Origin: Octopus vulgaris
Lineage: Eukaryota
DNA: 64,000 bases
Assembly (NCBI GenBank): GCA_951406725.2
Contig: OX597825.1
Coordinates: 85,064,001-85,128,000 of the forward strand
Direction: 5' to 3'
Numbering within the stretch: position 1 is the stretch's first letter; each line of letters begins with the position of its first letter. The position numbers and the translations under genes were made by a program. This document shows, piece after piece, positions 29,099 to 44,908 of this stretch. A model generated the notes under the pieces. The model saw nothing but the letters and a program-made list of their open reading frames with translations, did not search any database and had not been told where the DNA came from.

Positions 29099-29150
<52 letters not shown>

Positions 29151-29991
29151 AGATAGATAGATTTTACTATCGTTGGAGGAGAGGCTTATAATCATATGCG
29201 TCTTCATTTCCACATCTGGACCTTGTGTTGCGTCGTATCCTTCGGCAAAGCACTTCATTTCGTTTTATTTCAATTTTCTCGGCTGATGATCGGTACCAAC
29301 CTACTGATTATACAGACAACACCCATTCTAATTTTTACATGCTCGAAGTTTCCTCAGTTCAAAGTTTAGGAGGATTGAAAGAATACCTGTGTTTACCTGC
29401 AAGAACAACTGCGAATATAAATACATGCAAATTATCATACAGAACACTTGAATTCCATTAAAAGAAAATATACACACACACACAAACATACTGCATATAT
29501 CTACCCACATTCACTGTCAATACACATACAACATCAATACTGAAACTTAAAATCCACCTATATATTCCACAGCGTATTCTAATTTCAAATTTCAATTAAT
29601 ATTTCAAGACGGTCTCGTCAAGTATACCTTCACGTCATATTTTCTCGGCGATATTTAAAAAGTTTAAGAAATGAAAATTTTTCTTTTTACCTTTGTTTGA
29701 ATATTAAAGACTCGATATATATTTTTTAATCAATATACCTTCTTCGATGTTTATGCATTGTGTAACTAAATTTATCGAAGAATTCAGGGAAATTTCTTTT
29801 CTTCAGCTTCGTAATTATTGTTGTAATTATTTTTACAGCATTTATACCGGTGTAGGTCATGTATTATTCAACACATCTCTAAACGTCTGCCAGTGTTTAG
29901 CAACAGATTCAAGCAAAACAGATTTACGAACACACATAAGCACACTTGCACACACAAATAAAACCATCCAAGAAAATATGTCCACATATAT

Positions 29992-30047
<56 letters not shown>

Positions 30048-30103
30048 TATGTATATATATATATATGTGTATATATATATATATGTATGTATATATATAC
30101 ATA

Positions 30104-30165
<62 letters not shown>

Positions 30166-30555
30166 ATATATATATATATTACGCGTGCATATATATGTAT
30201 ACGTGAGAATCGTTCCTGAATAGAATTTCAGAAAATGCTGATGGAAATTTGTCTAGTAGAATCATAAGACGAGGTTAATTGTTCAATCGAAGTGTAGCAC
30301 TCTGTAATAACATATTGCAGAGATCTAGGCATATAATTATCACGCTTTACAATGCAAGGAGGCAGGCGTTGATTGGATGCAACGCAGAGACGCCGTCATC
30401 TCTGCATTCAGCAGCAGCCGAACAAGTGAATATATTATGAGAAAAAGAACAAAAAATATATGCGTGAGTGTATAAATATACATATATATGAATATATATA
30501 TACATATTCATATATGTGTGTATATACATATATATGAATATATATATACATATTC

Positions 30556-30592
<37 letters not shown>

Positions 30593-30630
30593 CATATATA
30601 TATATATGTGTGTATTTATATATATGTGCT

Positions 30631-30663
<33 letters not shown>

Positions 30664-30778
30664 GCAGTTATATATATATATGTGTGCATATATATGTATA
30701 TACATGCAGATATATATAAACGTATATATATATATATATGCATATATATATGTGCATATATATATATATATACATATA

Positions 30779-30833
<55 letters not shown>

Positions 30834-31119
30834 CACTTTACGGCCAGTTGCTATGAATAATTAATGGAAATTGCTGTAACCTTTGAAGTTTGACGATTTC
30901 ATAATCCTATTACTAAGACTTCTACAATTAACTCTGCTGCTCAACTTGAGATCTTGGTTGCTCTTGGTTGAGCTCTTGTAGAATGGGTTCAACACATCGT
31001 GATGTGATTCTGCGCACTTTTGAGTGGCGGAGATGGTGGGGGGTTAGATGTTACGTCGTTGCAGGTATACATAACTAGGTGTATGCATTTGTGATTATCA
31101 GTTCATGTGTCTGTATATT

Positions 31120-31520
31120 TTAAATTTAATTTTATTTTATTTTATTTTATTTTTTTGGCTCTAAAAGCAAAAGCAAGGTCATGTAGGGGGACATGGAGTT
31201 ATGTACAGGGTGGTGTTCGTGCAAAGAGTTCTGGCCATTTCTGGTCAAGAGCGACTTGGAACCAAGCGGTCGTCGGCATCTTCACTATCTCGTCCGGCAG
31301 CTTATTCCACGGATCCGCAACCCGGACGGAGAAAGACCCTCTCCTTCGATTGAGATGAAATGGTCGTAGATAGAGCTTTTCGGAGTGACCCCGCAGTGAA
31401 GAACAGCTCTTTCGAGAGGTTGCACTTTCCGCTTATGATTTTGAGAGCGAGAATGAGATCACCACGGCGTCGTCGCTTATCGAGAGAATAAAGGTCGAGC
31501 GTCTTCAGCCTTTCTTCATA
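31120..31520 (-). mobile_element. CR1-clade LINE 3' end (ORF2 C-terminus, short UTR, (AAAAT)n tail)
   Basis: YEERLKTLDLYSLDKRRRRGDLILALKII..., frameshift, LRGHSEKLYLRPFHLNRRRGSFSVRVADPWNKLPDEIV. Confidence 0.9.
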
Positions 31521-31584
31521 TCTATCACTCACTCTCCCAATCTACCTATCTATCTATCTATCAATTTATCTATATATCTATCTA

Positions 31585-31641
<57 letters not shown>

Positions 31642-32884
31642 GTCTGTCTCTCTATTTATATTTTTATCTGTTATCTTTTACTTGTTTCAATCATTAGACG
31701 ATGTCCATGCTGATATATTCATAATAGAAAATCAGATACGTCAAATTTGGACCCGTCGAATTCTAAGATAAAAACTAAAAAAAGCCGTCAGAAGTACATA
31801 GATTTTCCTTTTAGTAAAAATATTGTGATAATTTGTTCTTGGAGTGATGTATATTTTAAACAAAAGTCTCTTGTTCAATCACGTACGGGCGTACAGGATA
31901 CACCCATAACAATATCTCAAAGTCAAGCGAAACGAATCAGCTTGTAGAAGATAGAAAACAGTGGATTCCGATATTCTGTCGTTATTTCAGCTCATCCGCA
32001 CTGTATAATCGAGTTACCCTGGAAATAAATTCGAATCGCCTGTCTCAGGTGTATTTGGATAGTATATATATGTATATGTAAGCGCGTATACGTGTGTGAG
32101 CGCGTATAGGTGGTGCGTGTGTGTGTTTGCGTGCGTGTTTTTGTGCGTACGTGAGTGTGTGCATATATGTAAATATATTGATGGTGAATATATACAATTT
32201 GCAAGCTCAATGAAACTTGTTTCTCTGCATAAAGTGATTTTATAGAGCGCGGAATAATTACAAACATAAATTTATGTTAACAGTTGTAACATATTGAAAT
32301 ATAAAAATGGTTCACATGAAAAGTCTCTCGGAAATACACACTGTCTAGACTTTATGCATATATTAATATATTCGCCTTCGAATACGACTTTGAGTTTCAA
32401 AGTGTCCACTATAGAAGAATAAAACTGTTATGACATCCTCAGCCGGTTGTAAGCGATGCAGACTGGGATAAAACGAAAACTGAAAGGATAGGATATTAAT
32501 TGACATTTGAGTCTCATTAGTGTACAAAATATTTCATAAGAATGCCCGACTCTTCGAAATAAGTTAATAGTTACCCATAATGTGGCAGTTGAAAACATCA
32601 CAATTCAAAGATATGTTTTATATACAGGAGAAAATATCTATTATATAAATAAAACGATTATGAAACAGCTGTATACAAATGGTGCACACTTCTAGTCTCT
32701 CACTTCGATCGATCATCTGTTTAGCTAAAATATACTCCACCATTGTAATTCGTGGATTGTCACACGATGGACTGCTCCAGGCTTAACTACGGTACATCTT
32801 GTTAGTCCTGCATTGACGGAGAGCTTCATGTAAGCTTTCTTTGATTTATTGAATACTTATATATACATATACATATATATAAAT

Positions 32885-33065
32885 AGGGGGAGAGTTCACG
32901 AAAAAAACAAAAGACGAAGACAGGTGGTGTAGAAAACAAACAGGTGTATTAGTATAGCGCTCAGGAATTGAAAAAGTATTTAACGTTTCGAGCCTACGTT
33001 CTTCTACAGAAAGGGACACAGTAAGAAACAAGGAGAGAAAAAATGTGTGTAGTGGTTACCGATGT
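32885..33065 (-). mobile_element. Family H1 copy 4
   Basis: taacgtttcgagcctacgttcttctacagaaagggacacag. Confidence 0.85.
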
Positions 33066-33112
33066 ACATATCTATACATATCTATAAATATATGTATAAA
33101 AACACATACATA

Positions 33113-33145
<33 letters not shown>

Positions 33146-33437
33146 GTGTGTGTATGTGTGTGTATATGTGTGTACATACAGTGAGAGAGAGAGAGTGGGA
33201 GAGAGATCTATCAGTAGATAGATATATGTGTGTGTGTGTGTGTGTGTGTATGTAAATATGCATTACTATTTTTTATATCTTTCCATTTACCAATGACGAC
33301 AATGTTTTCATAGCTTATTCTTCATTTTGTTTTTCATATCCCTTTACTCTTTGGTAGATATAGACTGATCGATAGATAACAGATCAATATTAGCAACGTT
33401 TCAAAGAATATCGAGGATTTGAATTCAACTCGTATGG

Positions 33438-33448
33438 AACTACTACTA

Positions 33449-33511
<63 letters not shown>

Positions 33512-33553
33512 ATGATGATGCTGATGCTGCTACTACTACTACTACTACTATTA

Positions 33554-33618
<65 letters not shown>

Positions 33619-33620
33619 GC
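33438..33620. repeat. Stepwise trinucleotide array CTA>CTG>ATG>CTG>CTA>TAA>TTA
   Basis: Seen directly. Confidence 0.95.
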
Positions 33621-33660
33621 AACTACCTTGCATCAATGTGTGTGCGTATATGAATATACA

Positions 33661-33724
<64 letters not shown>

Positions 33725-34792
33725 TTGTATGTATGTATGTATGATTGAATGTATACTTGTGTGTGTATGTAGGTAGGTAGGTGTGTATATTCCATCGTGG
33801 CAAAATTGTATTAACATTTAACGTCATGTTTTATACTTATATGGAGATAGATGAACAGAGATAATAACCGGTTTTACGACATGGAATATATGAGAGATCT
33901 AAAGGAAATAATAAACACCTGGAAACAATGAATGGATTTTTTTAAAATAAGAAACTACGTAATAACTGCATCAGGAAGAAGAACATTTTAGGTGCATCAC
34001 GGTGTTTTGGTGCATCGAACATATTTCACATCGATCGAAATGCATTAAAACCGAACCCTTCGCTTCACTTCGGTTATTACGTTAAATTCATAATTATATA
34101 AAATTTCCTGTTTGCAATGAATTTATTTTTAATGTCTTTTTTATTTTTTGTCATTATTATTTTTCTTGTTTTTTTTTTCTTGTAAGAAATTACTTTTAAA
34201 ACTAATTTTCTGTTTTCAGAAAATATTTTGCAAAAAGATTTTGGTGGAAGGAAAATGACACAGCATGTGAAAAAAAATTGTTGTTTTTTCTTCTGTATAC
34301 AAATGTGTACTTCGTTCGGTCAAAAAGAATTATAATATAAATTAATATTTTCAGTCGTTTCAGGAGATATCGTATACGACGTTCTTATTGTTGTTGTTGC
34401 AATTATTATTGTTGTTGCTACATAACTCTAGCTAAAATTCGGTGGTGCTGAGTTATATTAAAAGGTTTCCTATCGTTCAAGATGCCTTGAAAATATGTAA
34501 AAGAATCAAAAACCGCAACAATATTATAATGCAGCACATTTTCCCCCATCTTCCTCAAACGAATATTTCAGAGGGTCTTGATGGTACTCTGCGAATTAAT
34601 GAAGATATATCTCTCCAAGTATCAGGTCGTGCAACCGCAAAGAGGGTTAATCGTTGGCTTGTTGTTTATGTCTTTCTAAGCTGACAAATCTTATCCCGAG
34701 ACAGGAATAAATCCTAAAATTTTCTCGTACATGGAAACCTAAGGTCTTCGGCACTTTAATAAACCATATGATGACAAAAGAAATTCTTGCAT

Positions 34793-35115
34793 GGCGCAGA
34801 GTCGGGTGCGTGGTAAGAGGTTTTCTTCCTAACCACATGGTTCAAGGTTCAGTCCCACTGCATTGCAACTTGAACAGGTGTCTTCTACAGACGCGGGGCG
34901 ACCGAAGCCGGGTGACACTTTATTTCACGTTTCTCCAGTTCACTCGTGTGTAGAAATGAGTTGCAACATCACTAGGGGCCAAGCTGTATCAGCCCCTTTG
35001 CCTTTTCCTTGGATAACATCAGTGGCATGAAGAGAAGAGGCTACAACCTAACCTGGACTTCTGCCTTGGTGGGGAACTGTCTAGGTGCAATGCCAAGACC
35101 ATTCATGTCCGACGT
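34793..35115 (+). mobile_element. SINE D head (34793-34909) joined to a SINE C type 2 body (34914-35115)
   Basis: aaccacatggttcaaggttcagtcccactg, then gacactttatttcacg... Confidence 0.75.
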
Positions 35116-35625
35116 AGGGCGGGGCGCCTCCCTCTGTATATGGTTACCTAAATATGTATCTGTGTATTCATGAATACGGATTTATGTATGTATATATGCA
35201 TGCACATGTGTATATATACGTGAGTGTATACATGCAGGTATTTTCTCGGTGGCATATAAAGCGACTGCTACCTACCTTTCTAGTTTATAGGTGATTTATA
35301 TAACAAATACTCGTCATGTTAGAAGTAACTGATATTTTGTATGGCTGGTGATTTGAATAATCTACAAGGAATGTAGATGTCCCACGAGGTAAATTATTGT
35401 AAACATTCGTACATTTTTTATGTGGAATATTTGCGGTCCAGTCACTACGATACTTTAATTTACTAAAACACGTTCTCATAGCACTGACTAACAGCTCTAT
35501 CGAGACATTCTGTGATTAAAAAGCTTGCTAAGATAACAATAGCTGTAGACTAATTACATGTGCGTTTTACATACATACACACATTCATTTACATACATAC
35601 ATATCTACATATATCTACATATATC

Positions 35626-35682
<57 letters not shown>

Positions 35683-36515
35683 GTGTGTGTACATATACGT
35701 ATGTATACTCACATACACACACATAGATATAGTCATATATATTAATACACACATGCACACATAGTCCCAAAAACACATACAGTCTATCGCAAATATGTAC
35801 ATGTATATCTTATATACATAGATACACACATACATACATACATACATACATACGTACACATGCATACGTAGACATGTGTATGTAAACACACACATACACT
35901 AACATATATATGTGTGTGTGTATGTGTGTATGTATGTATGTATGTATGTATGTATGTATGTATGTATGTATGTATGTATGTATGTATGTATGTACGTATA
36001 TATGTATGTATGTATGTATAATCTTTTACACGACTAGTTTTTCGTCGCCGTCGTCTTACAGACCCACCTTGGACTATAGATTTCTTCCAAGTTTATATTC
36101 TTACACAGGAATATAAACATATCTAAGATCTTGTAATTCAAAGCTAAAGCAAACATTAACTTTTCGTTCTCTGTATTTTCCATAACCATCAGACTTCCGC
36201 CGTTCCCTCGAGAAATTAGTCCACCAGTATGTTGCTTTCATTAGGCACTAAATTCAATGATTGAAAGAACTACAAAATGCTAAGTAACGACACCAAGTGA
36301 AATAAATAGAGATTTTAAGAAGTTTATTAAGAATTATAGCCGTTGTTTTAACAACTTTTGCAGAAGTTTCTTGATTTTAAGATCACTTTACTAAATCAGT
36401 TCTTTTTTGTGAATCTTGTAATAAATTTTTCCAACGAGACGTAAATACGCATTTAAAATAAATAAATTTGTCTGCGTCAGTGTGTGAGGTGCATGCCTGC
36501 ATATGTGTATGTATG

Positions 36516-36577
<62 letters not shown>

Positions 36578-38039
36578 TGTATGTATGTATATACGTGTGG
36601 GGGTGTCTTGTGGGGGTGGGTATGGATGTGTCTGTCTGTCTTCGTAGGAACAGAAATCCTTATATATACTGAAATACTTATGCGTATCTCTGTACACATG
36701 TACATATACAAATACACACATGCACGTACATTTCGACATACACCATCGCATACACACACACATATACACGTATATGTATATATATACATACAAACCAATT
36801 TATACATATATATATACATAAATATGATGCACATATATACACACACACATATATATATATACATACACACATACACAGACACAAAAACACGCATGCATAC
36901 ACACAAACAAACAAACACATACAGACACACGCACACACACACATATATATAAGAAGTGTATAAAGTCACAAATGACAGAGAAATAGTTTAATGAAATTTG
37001 ATATAGCAATATGCAAATTCAGATATCACAACAAATTGTTTCGTAGCTTAAAAACATTTAAAGGATTTATATTGTTATATTTCATAAGAAATAAATTGCT
37101 CACAAGTCTGTATTAATGCAGAAATGTCTACGATGGCAAAGTCCCTTGACTGTAGTCGCTTCTTACGTCCAAAACAAAAGCAGCAGATCTACTTGCTTTT
37201 TGGTCCAAACAACAACATAGAGTCTTCCCTTTTGCCTAAGTCTCTTTGATATTGACACAGAGACTCTCCAAGAGAGCCATGTCTTTTATTGTTGATTCGC
37301 TTTCCTCGTCGCAATAAAGGAAACAAAAGCATATCTTCTGAAGTGAAATTTTTCGGAAATGGAAAAGGAAAACAAACAGCAACAGAATGCAAACTTTGGT
37401 ATGTCCTAAGTTTTATTGATAAAACTTTGCGAAAAAAAAAACAGTGGATTCTTTAATGTATGAAAGGAAAGTCATGAGGACCATGTAATCAATAGCTGTC
37501 GCAGTTGTCATCGAGTCTTTTTCGTTCTACATTTCATCTGTCAACATCCAAAGAGGACATTCCGTTGACAGAAACGTCCAAATTTTCATGGCAAAGAACC
37601 AAAATACGGCACAAAAATTGGATGTCAAAGAATGAACTGAGCACGAAATATTTTTGATGTAAGAAAACAAGACAACTAAATACTTTTACGTGATCATTTG
37701 GTTTTCTGGAAAGAGTAGCGAAACCTCCCTCTGATCACAGACTGTTATCTTGACAAAGGAGAGTACAGGTTTTATCACGCAGTCCAAGACTGATCAATAG
37801 AGTTCCTTATTACAGATCAAATGTGTTTCATTATTGATTGAAGGACGAAACAACAACTGCTGTAAAAATGGTTATAGTAGTCGTATTATAAAGCAGTTCT
37901 CATGGAAAAGGGAAGAAGTTACACAATATTTTGTCTTTTTCGAGAACAGATTAGGTGACTAATTGAATCTTGATGACGATAATTTCGTAAGTATGGAGGT
38001 TTGCAGATTATTTATGAATTCCCAAAGAATAAAGACATC

Positions 38040-38340
38040 AAAACAGTGTTTCTCTGACTAATCCTAGACCCCACTCATACGACCTCTGATTGTGAAAGAT
38101 GCCAATGAAAAGATTCTGCAACTCTTCCTGTTATAGGAAATAAAGTTTACATTTTAAAATCTTTATAACCATCTTGATATCATCCAGAAGAGATTCGATC
38201 CTAAACCTGCGCTCTTTCAATTCCACACATCGAAATACATTACATGAGGAATTGTGCATTTTTTTAAAAGCAGGAACCCAGAAATATTTCCAGTGGAACG
38301 CATCATTTGAACGTATGACGGGTTGTAGAATACAAAAATC
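38040..38340 (+). mobile_element. Possible very old mariner transposase C-terminus
   Basis: LRSFNSTHRNTLHEELCIFLKAGTQKYF; loosely like GxxFxxxxEVxxxLxxFFxSKxxxF. Confidence 0.25.
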
Positions 38341-39189
38341 GTTGTACACACTCACTCTTAAATACATTCCAGCAGATTTGAAGATGAAGTGGTTTACTGC
38401 TGTATTTCGTTTTTGGAGAACTTCAGGCGATGTGTGTTAGAAGCACACTCTTTTCACTGACATAGTGAGACTTTGAATCACCGCTGTTACGGCATCGTTA
38501 TGCCATGTCAGTGAAAACTACCCCATGTTTTGTGAATGTAAGCCACACAACTCGTCCTTCTTTATAACATTCATCAAATCCACCGGAACGAGTTGTCCAT
38601 CATCATTTGATCCTTTCTGTTTTATGTGCTTATAATAATCTAAATGATCGACATCAAATTATAATTCCATCCAGTTTCTGCTGCACCAACAGATGCATCT
38701 CTGCATTTCTTGAGTGTCATGAGAGATTCTCATTTGAAATCATCGAATGACCTTTGTATATATTTTGATTAGCTTTACAACGTCTGTGCTTTAGTTTCTT
38801 TGATGTTTTCGTTTAACTTTGTCCTTTATGGTGTGCCACAGATGCATGTGATGTGAGTTGCGTTACTTCATTGTGTCATATTGTTTTATAAATGTTGTGT
38901 GTGTAGCGTTGAGTGATGAATGGGTAAAGTGATTGGTGTGTGTGTGTGTGTGTTTGTTTGGTGCCGTCTGTTTCAGTTGGACAAAAGTGTGTTGTCTATC
39001 TGTTTTGTGTGCTGTAATGTGTTGTAACATACACACACTCACACACTTACACACAAACCCGGTTAACACTTTCCCAGTCAATTCACCTAACTCCGGAGAT
39101 GTAGGTAACTGGAGATAATTAACATGGCATAAGTCAACTTAAATATGTCATTAACTATCTCCATTACTAATTACTGTAATTAAAATGTC

Positions 39190-39650
39190 TCATGATGCCA
39201 GTGAAATCGACGATGAAAGCAATGATGGCGACATCGACCACGACAACAATGATGAGAATACCACGACGATATGACTGACATGGATGATGGAAATGATGAT
39301 GACGGTGGTGATGATGATGATGATGATGATGATGATGACGGTGACGACGATGAAGGTGATGATGATGATGAGATGAGGATGATGAAAACGATGAGGATTA
39401 TGATGGTAGTGGTGGCTGTGGTGGCGTTGCTTGTTGTGGTGGAAGTGATGAAGATGATGATGGTGGTGATGATGATAACAATGATGATGACGATGAACAG
39501 GAGGAGGAGGAGGAGGAGGAGGAGGAGGATGATAACGATGACGATGATGATGATGGTGGTGCTGGTTGTTGTGGTGGAAGCGACGAAGATGATAATGAAG
39601 ATGATGGTAATAATGATGGCGATGATGATGATGATGCCGACGATGACAAC

Positions 39651-39697
<47 letters not shown>

Positions 39698-39750
39698 CGA
39701 TGATGATGATGATGCTGTTCATGTTGGTGACGGCAGTAAATGTTTGATGT
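39190..39750. repeat. Degenerate (GAT/GAC/GGT/GAG) trinucleotide low-complexity block; similar block at 41245-41390
   Basis: Seen directly. Confidence 0.9.
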
Positions 39751-40279
39751 TATTGTTGTTATCAGGAGAAGATAAGTGTTAATGCCGGCAGCAGAAGAAA
39801 ACGGTGTTAGCAAGGAACACCCAAAACGTGAAGAGATAACCGAACGAATGAGAGGCGGCGGGGTACGGCGGCGGAAACCAGCTTTCACAAACAAAAAATA
39901 TACATGTGTGTGTATATACATGTGTATACGTCTATTAATTATGACAAGGATATATATATCCGTATGTGTATGCGAGTGTGTACAATCTGGTAACAATAGA
40001 TATGTTATGTGTGTGTATGTTACTAAATGCATGTGTGTTTAAATGTAACATAATGTGTATAAACAGGTGTGTGTGTGTGTGTGTGTGTGTGAGTGCATCA
40101 TGTAATGGCCATAAATACATGTGTGAGTGCCAGCGCGCGCGATTGTGTGGCAGAATATCGATAAACATGTCTCACTCCATGTGCGTTCGAGTGTTATAAA
40201 GCCGAAGTATACATGTTACAGAGTTTTAAGGTTTGCACGATTATACATATACATATAAATACATGTGTGTGTGTGTGTG

Positions 40280-40317
<38 letters not shown>

Positions 40318-40423
40318 AGTATGTATGCATAAACGCATGTGAGTCTGCACGCCCATGTACGTACACATCGTACCTATGTACAGATACAAATGGAATGTTC
40401 ATATATAGATACACATATACTCC

Positions 40424-40455
<32 letters not shown>

Positions 40456-41499
40456 CGTGTGCGTGTGTGTATGTATATATATATGTATATATATATGTAT
40501 ATATATATGCATATATATATATATATATATGTATGTAAATATATATATGTACATATACATATATATTTATATACGTATATATGTATAATTGTGCATATAC
40601 GTATATATATGTAGTTATAAGTATTTAAATGTATGTATACGTGTGTGTGCGTGTGTGTGTGTGTATGAAACATACATATATGCATATATAGATACATATT
40701 TCATGCATGATCATACGATTAAGGCATCCGCCATTTAATACGATATGAAAACAGCCAAACTAGCCTGAAGAAAGTACAACAGTCTCAATAGATTGTGGGT
40801 GTATATGTATATTCGTATTTATGAAGGTATGCATATATATATGTATATGTATGTGTGTGAATTTGTGGTTGTGTCTATATATGTCTGTTTTCGGTCTGAC
40901 TGTATGTATGTACGTACGTATGTATGTGTCTATGTATGTATGTGTTTTGTTTGAATGTTTGTTTCACTATTTTTGTTTTTGTTTGTGCCTGTAGTATGAA
41001 AGGTAATCAAGGAATTAGCCTAATTAAACGGCGAATGAAATAATGCAATAAAGAAAAGAGATAACGAGGGAGATAGAGAGAGAGAGATATTGGGGGGGAT
41101 AATAAGGGCAGGAGCGTTGCTTGGTGACGGTGTGAGGGGCAGTATGAAAGAAAGATGAAAGAGGCCAAGTAATGAGAAATGGCAGATATATAAGAAATCT
41201 ATAACGCTGTGAATATAATGGAATTGGTACGTTGTTTGTTGTAGGTGGCGGCGGCGGTTGCGGCGGCGATGATAATGATGTTGATGATGATGATGGTAGT
41301 CATGTTGGTGGTGGTGATGGTGGTGTTGGTGGTGGTGATGGTGGTGGAGCTCATGCTGGTGCTGGGGGCGGTGGTGGGGGTTATCGCTGTTGTTTCTATT
41401 GAATTTCCTTACCTAGCCATATTCTTCATCATTTCTAAAGTAGAGTGTTGCTCATCGGTCATTCCGTACAAAAAAAAAAAAACGTAGGAGAATGTAGGA

Positions 41500-41715
41500 G
41501 CCATCGAGGGATGGTCTACTCTGTAGTCAGACCTGCTAGACATAACAGCCAACATATACCACAGATCAAATACCGTCATCATTCATTACAAAGAAGAAAG
41601 GAGTGATTACGTAATGTATTCGTATGTGCATTAAAAGTGTGCTCTTCATGCCTGGAACGCCTTTGTTTATAAAACTGCGTTATTAGGGTTGACTGGAACT
41701 AAATATCAACAATTA
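41500..41715 (+). mobile_element. Old interspersed repeat (gacctgctagacataacagcc...); related segments near 37690-37860 and 43490-43620
   Basis: Shared ctgctaga-a-ata-cagccaa and tgcctggaacgcctttg-like motifs. Confidence 0.45.
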
Positions 41716-42103
41716 TATAGAATATATGTCCAGGTCGTCTAAGATTTAAAATGTGATAAAATCAGAGCTGTTATTTATATATATATAATACTGATAGGTT
41801 TCGAAGAAAAACGACTACACGAAGAATAAATAGGGGTAAAGTGAAAAGAAAACAGAAGATGCACAAAATGTTCTATTACACCCAACAACGTTTGGAAATC
41901 GGTATTCACTCAAAGCCAGTCATCAACTCTGACGATACCGGTATGACTTTAAATCTCTATAATGATTAATAACAGAGATTTATATACTTCATAATTCCAC
42001 CACAAATAATCGAATTGTATGTATATATCTTTGATTTTCTTTAAAAAAAGCTATTATATTTCATATCTAATGTCCATTTACTCTGTTTTCTTTTTAGTTT
42101 TCC

Positions 42104-42148
<45 letters not shown>

Positions 42149-42302
42149 ATGTATGTCTGTATGTATGTATGTAGTTCCAGAATGGAGAGGGATACCAACA
42201 CTTCCGACTTGAGCAATTGTAAAGATCCCCTCATATGAAACCATTGGTAGACTTGTTAACTCACAAATAAAAAATATCTATCCAACAATGCGGTGTTGAT
42301 CA

Positions 42303-42367
<65 letters not shown>

Positions 42368-42388
42368 TTATGTATGCATTTATATATA

Positions 42389-42441
<53 letters not shown>

Positions 42442-43027
42442 CAATGTTTCCTATGAGCTAAATCTTACTTTGCGACGCTAAAAGATAGAAAGGAAAATGC
42501 GAAAGAAAATAAAGTGAATAGAGAGGAAGTGACGTCAGTTAGATAGGAAAGAATTGAAACAAACTCCATTTTATTTCTCGAGTGCAAGAAAAGACGCAAA
42601 ACCGAAAATTTAAAATTTATTTAAAATTTTTATGAAACATGCATGTATCTAAATTAAATATACTTTTTCAATTACTGAACAAATTAGATTCGTGAATATT
42701 CATTCACGAATTACTGAACTTTGTTCTCTACATGTGTTCGTGCAAAGAGAGTTTGAACAATGCATTTTTGCTCCCTCTGTGATCACATTCTTATAATGTT
42801 TGTTACGTTTACTGTTTGCCTTCGCCAACATCCATCTTCCTTCCTAATTTTATTATGAACACAAATATTGTTTATAATGGAACCATGAGTATAACTTACA
42901 TCCTCTACTCCGATGTATGAAACTCAATTACCAAAGATCTGTTACAACCAAAGTTCAACCTTACTTTTATATACAAAACATTACTGAAATAACACACACC
43001 GGCTTGGCTTTCTTTAGATACAACCTA

Positions 43028-43096
<69 letters not shown>

Positions 43097-43097
43097 G

Positions 43098-43160
<63 letters not shown>

Positions 43161-44319
43161 GTATATGTATATATTGCTTTACACACACACACACAAATAT
43201 ATATATATGGTTTTACATATACATATGTTTTGTTTTAACTTCAACGTGACATAAGATTTAACTTTGCTTCATGAAAAAGTCACGTGTGCTTTGAGAGAGA
43301 TTCGGCACGTGTGCTTTGAGAGACATTGTTGCCACGGTAACGGAACCTTTGACATTGCAGACGTTCCTCATATAGCAATTGCTAGGCGGAAATTCTTCCA
43401 TAACATCTCATTAGGGAAAGTTATATAATCCAACATCGACACAAATTTATATCAAATGATTTCCTCGACATAGTGTGCTAGGATACTCCGAGGTAAACGA
43501 TATGTAGACGTTGTATCTGCTAGAAATAAGAGGCAAAGCTTTCTTGAATTAAACCCTCAAGAAGATAGTTCTGCATATCATGAATTGTCACGCTTGAAAT
43601 ACCTTTGGTAACACTGTGTAACATGATTTTTGTGTTTGGGTAGCAACTGTTATTTCTAATTTACTTATCTTTAGAAAGTATGAAAAATAGTTAATATTTC
43701 CTTCAAACTCAGTTTTTGCTATGATATTTATTAAAACATCGCAACACATGTCTATGATGCTCCCCCATTACTCATGTTTGTGATGAGAAATGATGCACAT
43801 ATTGTCAGCCGCTGAGGGCCATGTTCAAATTGTCACGCAACTGACAAACAAATCTGTGGTACTAAGACCAATATTTGCGATAAAGATAGTTTTACTGCAG
43901 CGACTCAGCGATAAATCTTTCTGAAATGTAATGGAAAATAGGTCAGTTTCAAAACGTTGACGTCCAGATCACAAAAGCAAAGTTTGAAGGGAATAGTAGT
44001 AATTTCATTTGATTTCTAGATAGAAGCAAACAGGAAATAACACTCACAGACCAAAGGCAAATAATAAAAATCTTGTAATAGATTTATAGGGATTGACAGT
44101 TCCTCAGCACCTAAACAGCAATGACAACAACAGCGTCATCACATCGTGTTATCAAAAGCGAAATATGAAGCATAAGAATGTAGGGTATGACCAAAGTATT
44201 AGATCGTTACGGCAGCAGATTTACAATGCTACATGTCCGTATCAGAATTGTATAATATATCAAACAAAAGGGTTGTTATAAATAACTATATTACCTGTTT
44301 AACTAATAGTTTCAAATTC

Positions 44320-44470
44320 CTACACCAATCTAGCAAGTTGTGGGTGGGTGTTACGTTAAGTCGATTACACCAAACACAGTGTTCGACTACGAAACGGTAA
44401 AAGGCAAAGTCGATCTTGATGGAATTTGAACTCAGAAAGTAAAAACGCACGAAAAGATTCTGCAAGCCCA
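44320..44470 (-). mobile_element. Older SINE A copy
   Basis: aaaggcaaagtcgatcttgatggaatttgaactcagaa. Confidence 0.7.
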
Positions 44471-44494
44471 CTGTCTTGAAGATGGTTAAATAAT

Positions 44495-44908
44495 GAGTGG
44501 CTGTGTGGTAGGTAGCTTGCTTACCAACCACATGGCCCCGGGTTCAGTCCCACTGTGTAGTACCTTGAGCAAGTGTCTTCTACTATAGCCTCGGGCAGAC
44601 CAAAGCCTTGTGAGTGGATTTGGTAGACGGAAAGTGAAAAGCAGCCTGTCGTATATATGTATATGTATATATATATGTATGCATGTGTATATCTTTGTGT
44701 GTCAGTGTTTGTCCACCCAACATCGCTTGATAACTGATGCTGGTGTGTTTACGTCCTCCCAGTAACTTAGCGGTTCAGCAAAAGACACCGATAGAATAAG
44801 TACTAGGCTTGCAAAGAATAAGTCCTGGGGTTGATTTGCTCGACTAAAGGCGGTGCTCCAGCATGGCCGCAGTCAAATGACTGAAACAAGTAAAAGAGTA
44901 AAAGAGTA
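44495..44908 (+). mobile_element. SINE family D, full length (tRNA head, CORE-like accttgagcaagtgtcttctac, internal TA/TG tract, LINE-like tail ending in (GTAAAAGA)2)
   Basis: Partial copies at 34793, 46395, 46555, 62450 and 31670. Confidence 0.9.

Noticed and set aside
39190-40032. 280-aa poly-His/Pro ORF and overlapping ORFs
   Set aside because: Trinucleotide low-complexity sequence open in several frames; no splice or domain support
43281-43325. Short direct duplications (cacgtgtgctttgagaga x2; also near 6520, 22835, 48695 and 56950)
   Set aside because: Ordinary local slippage duplications
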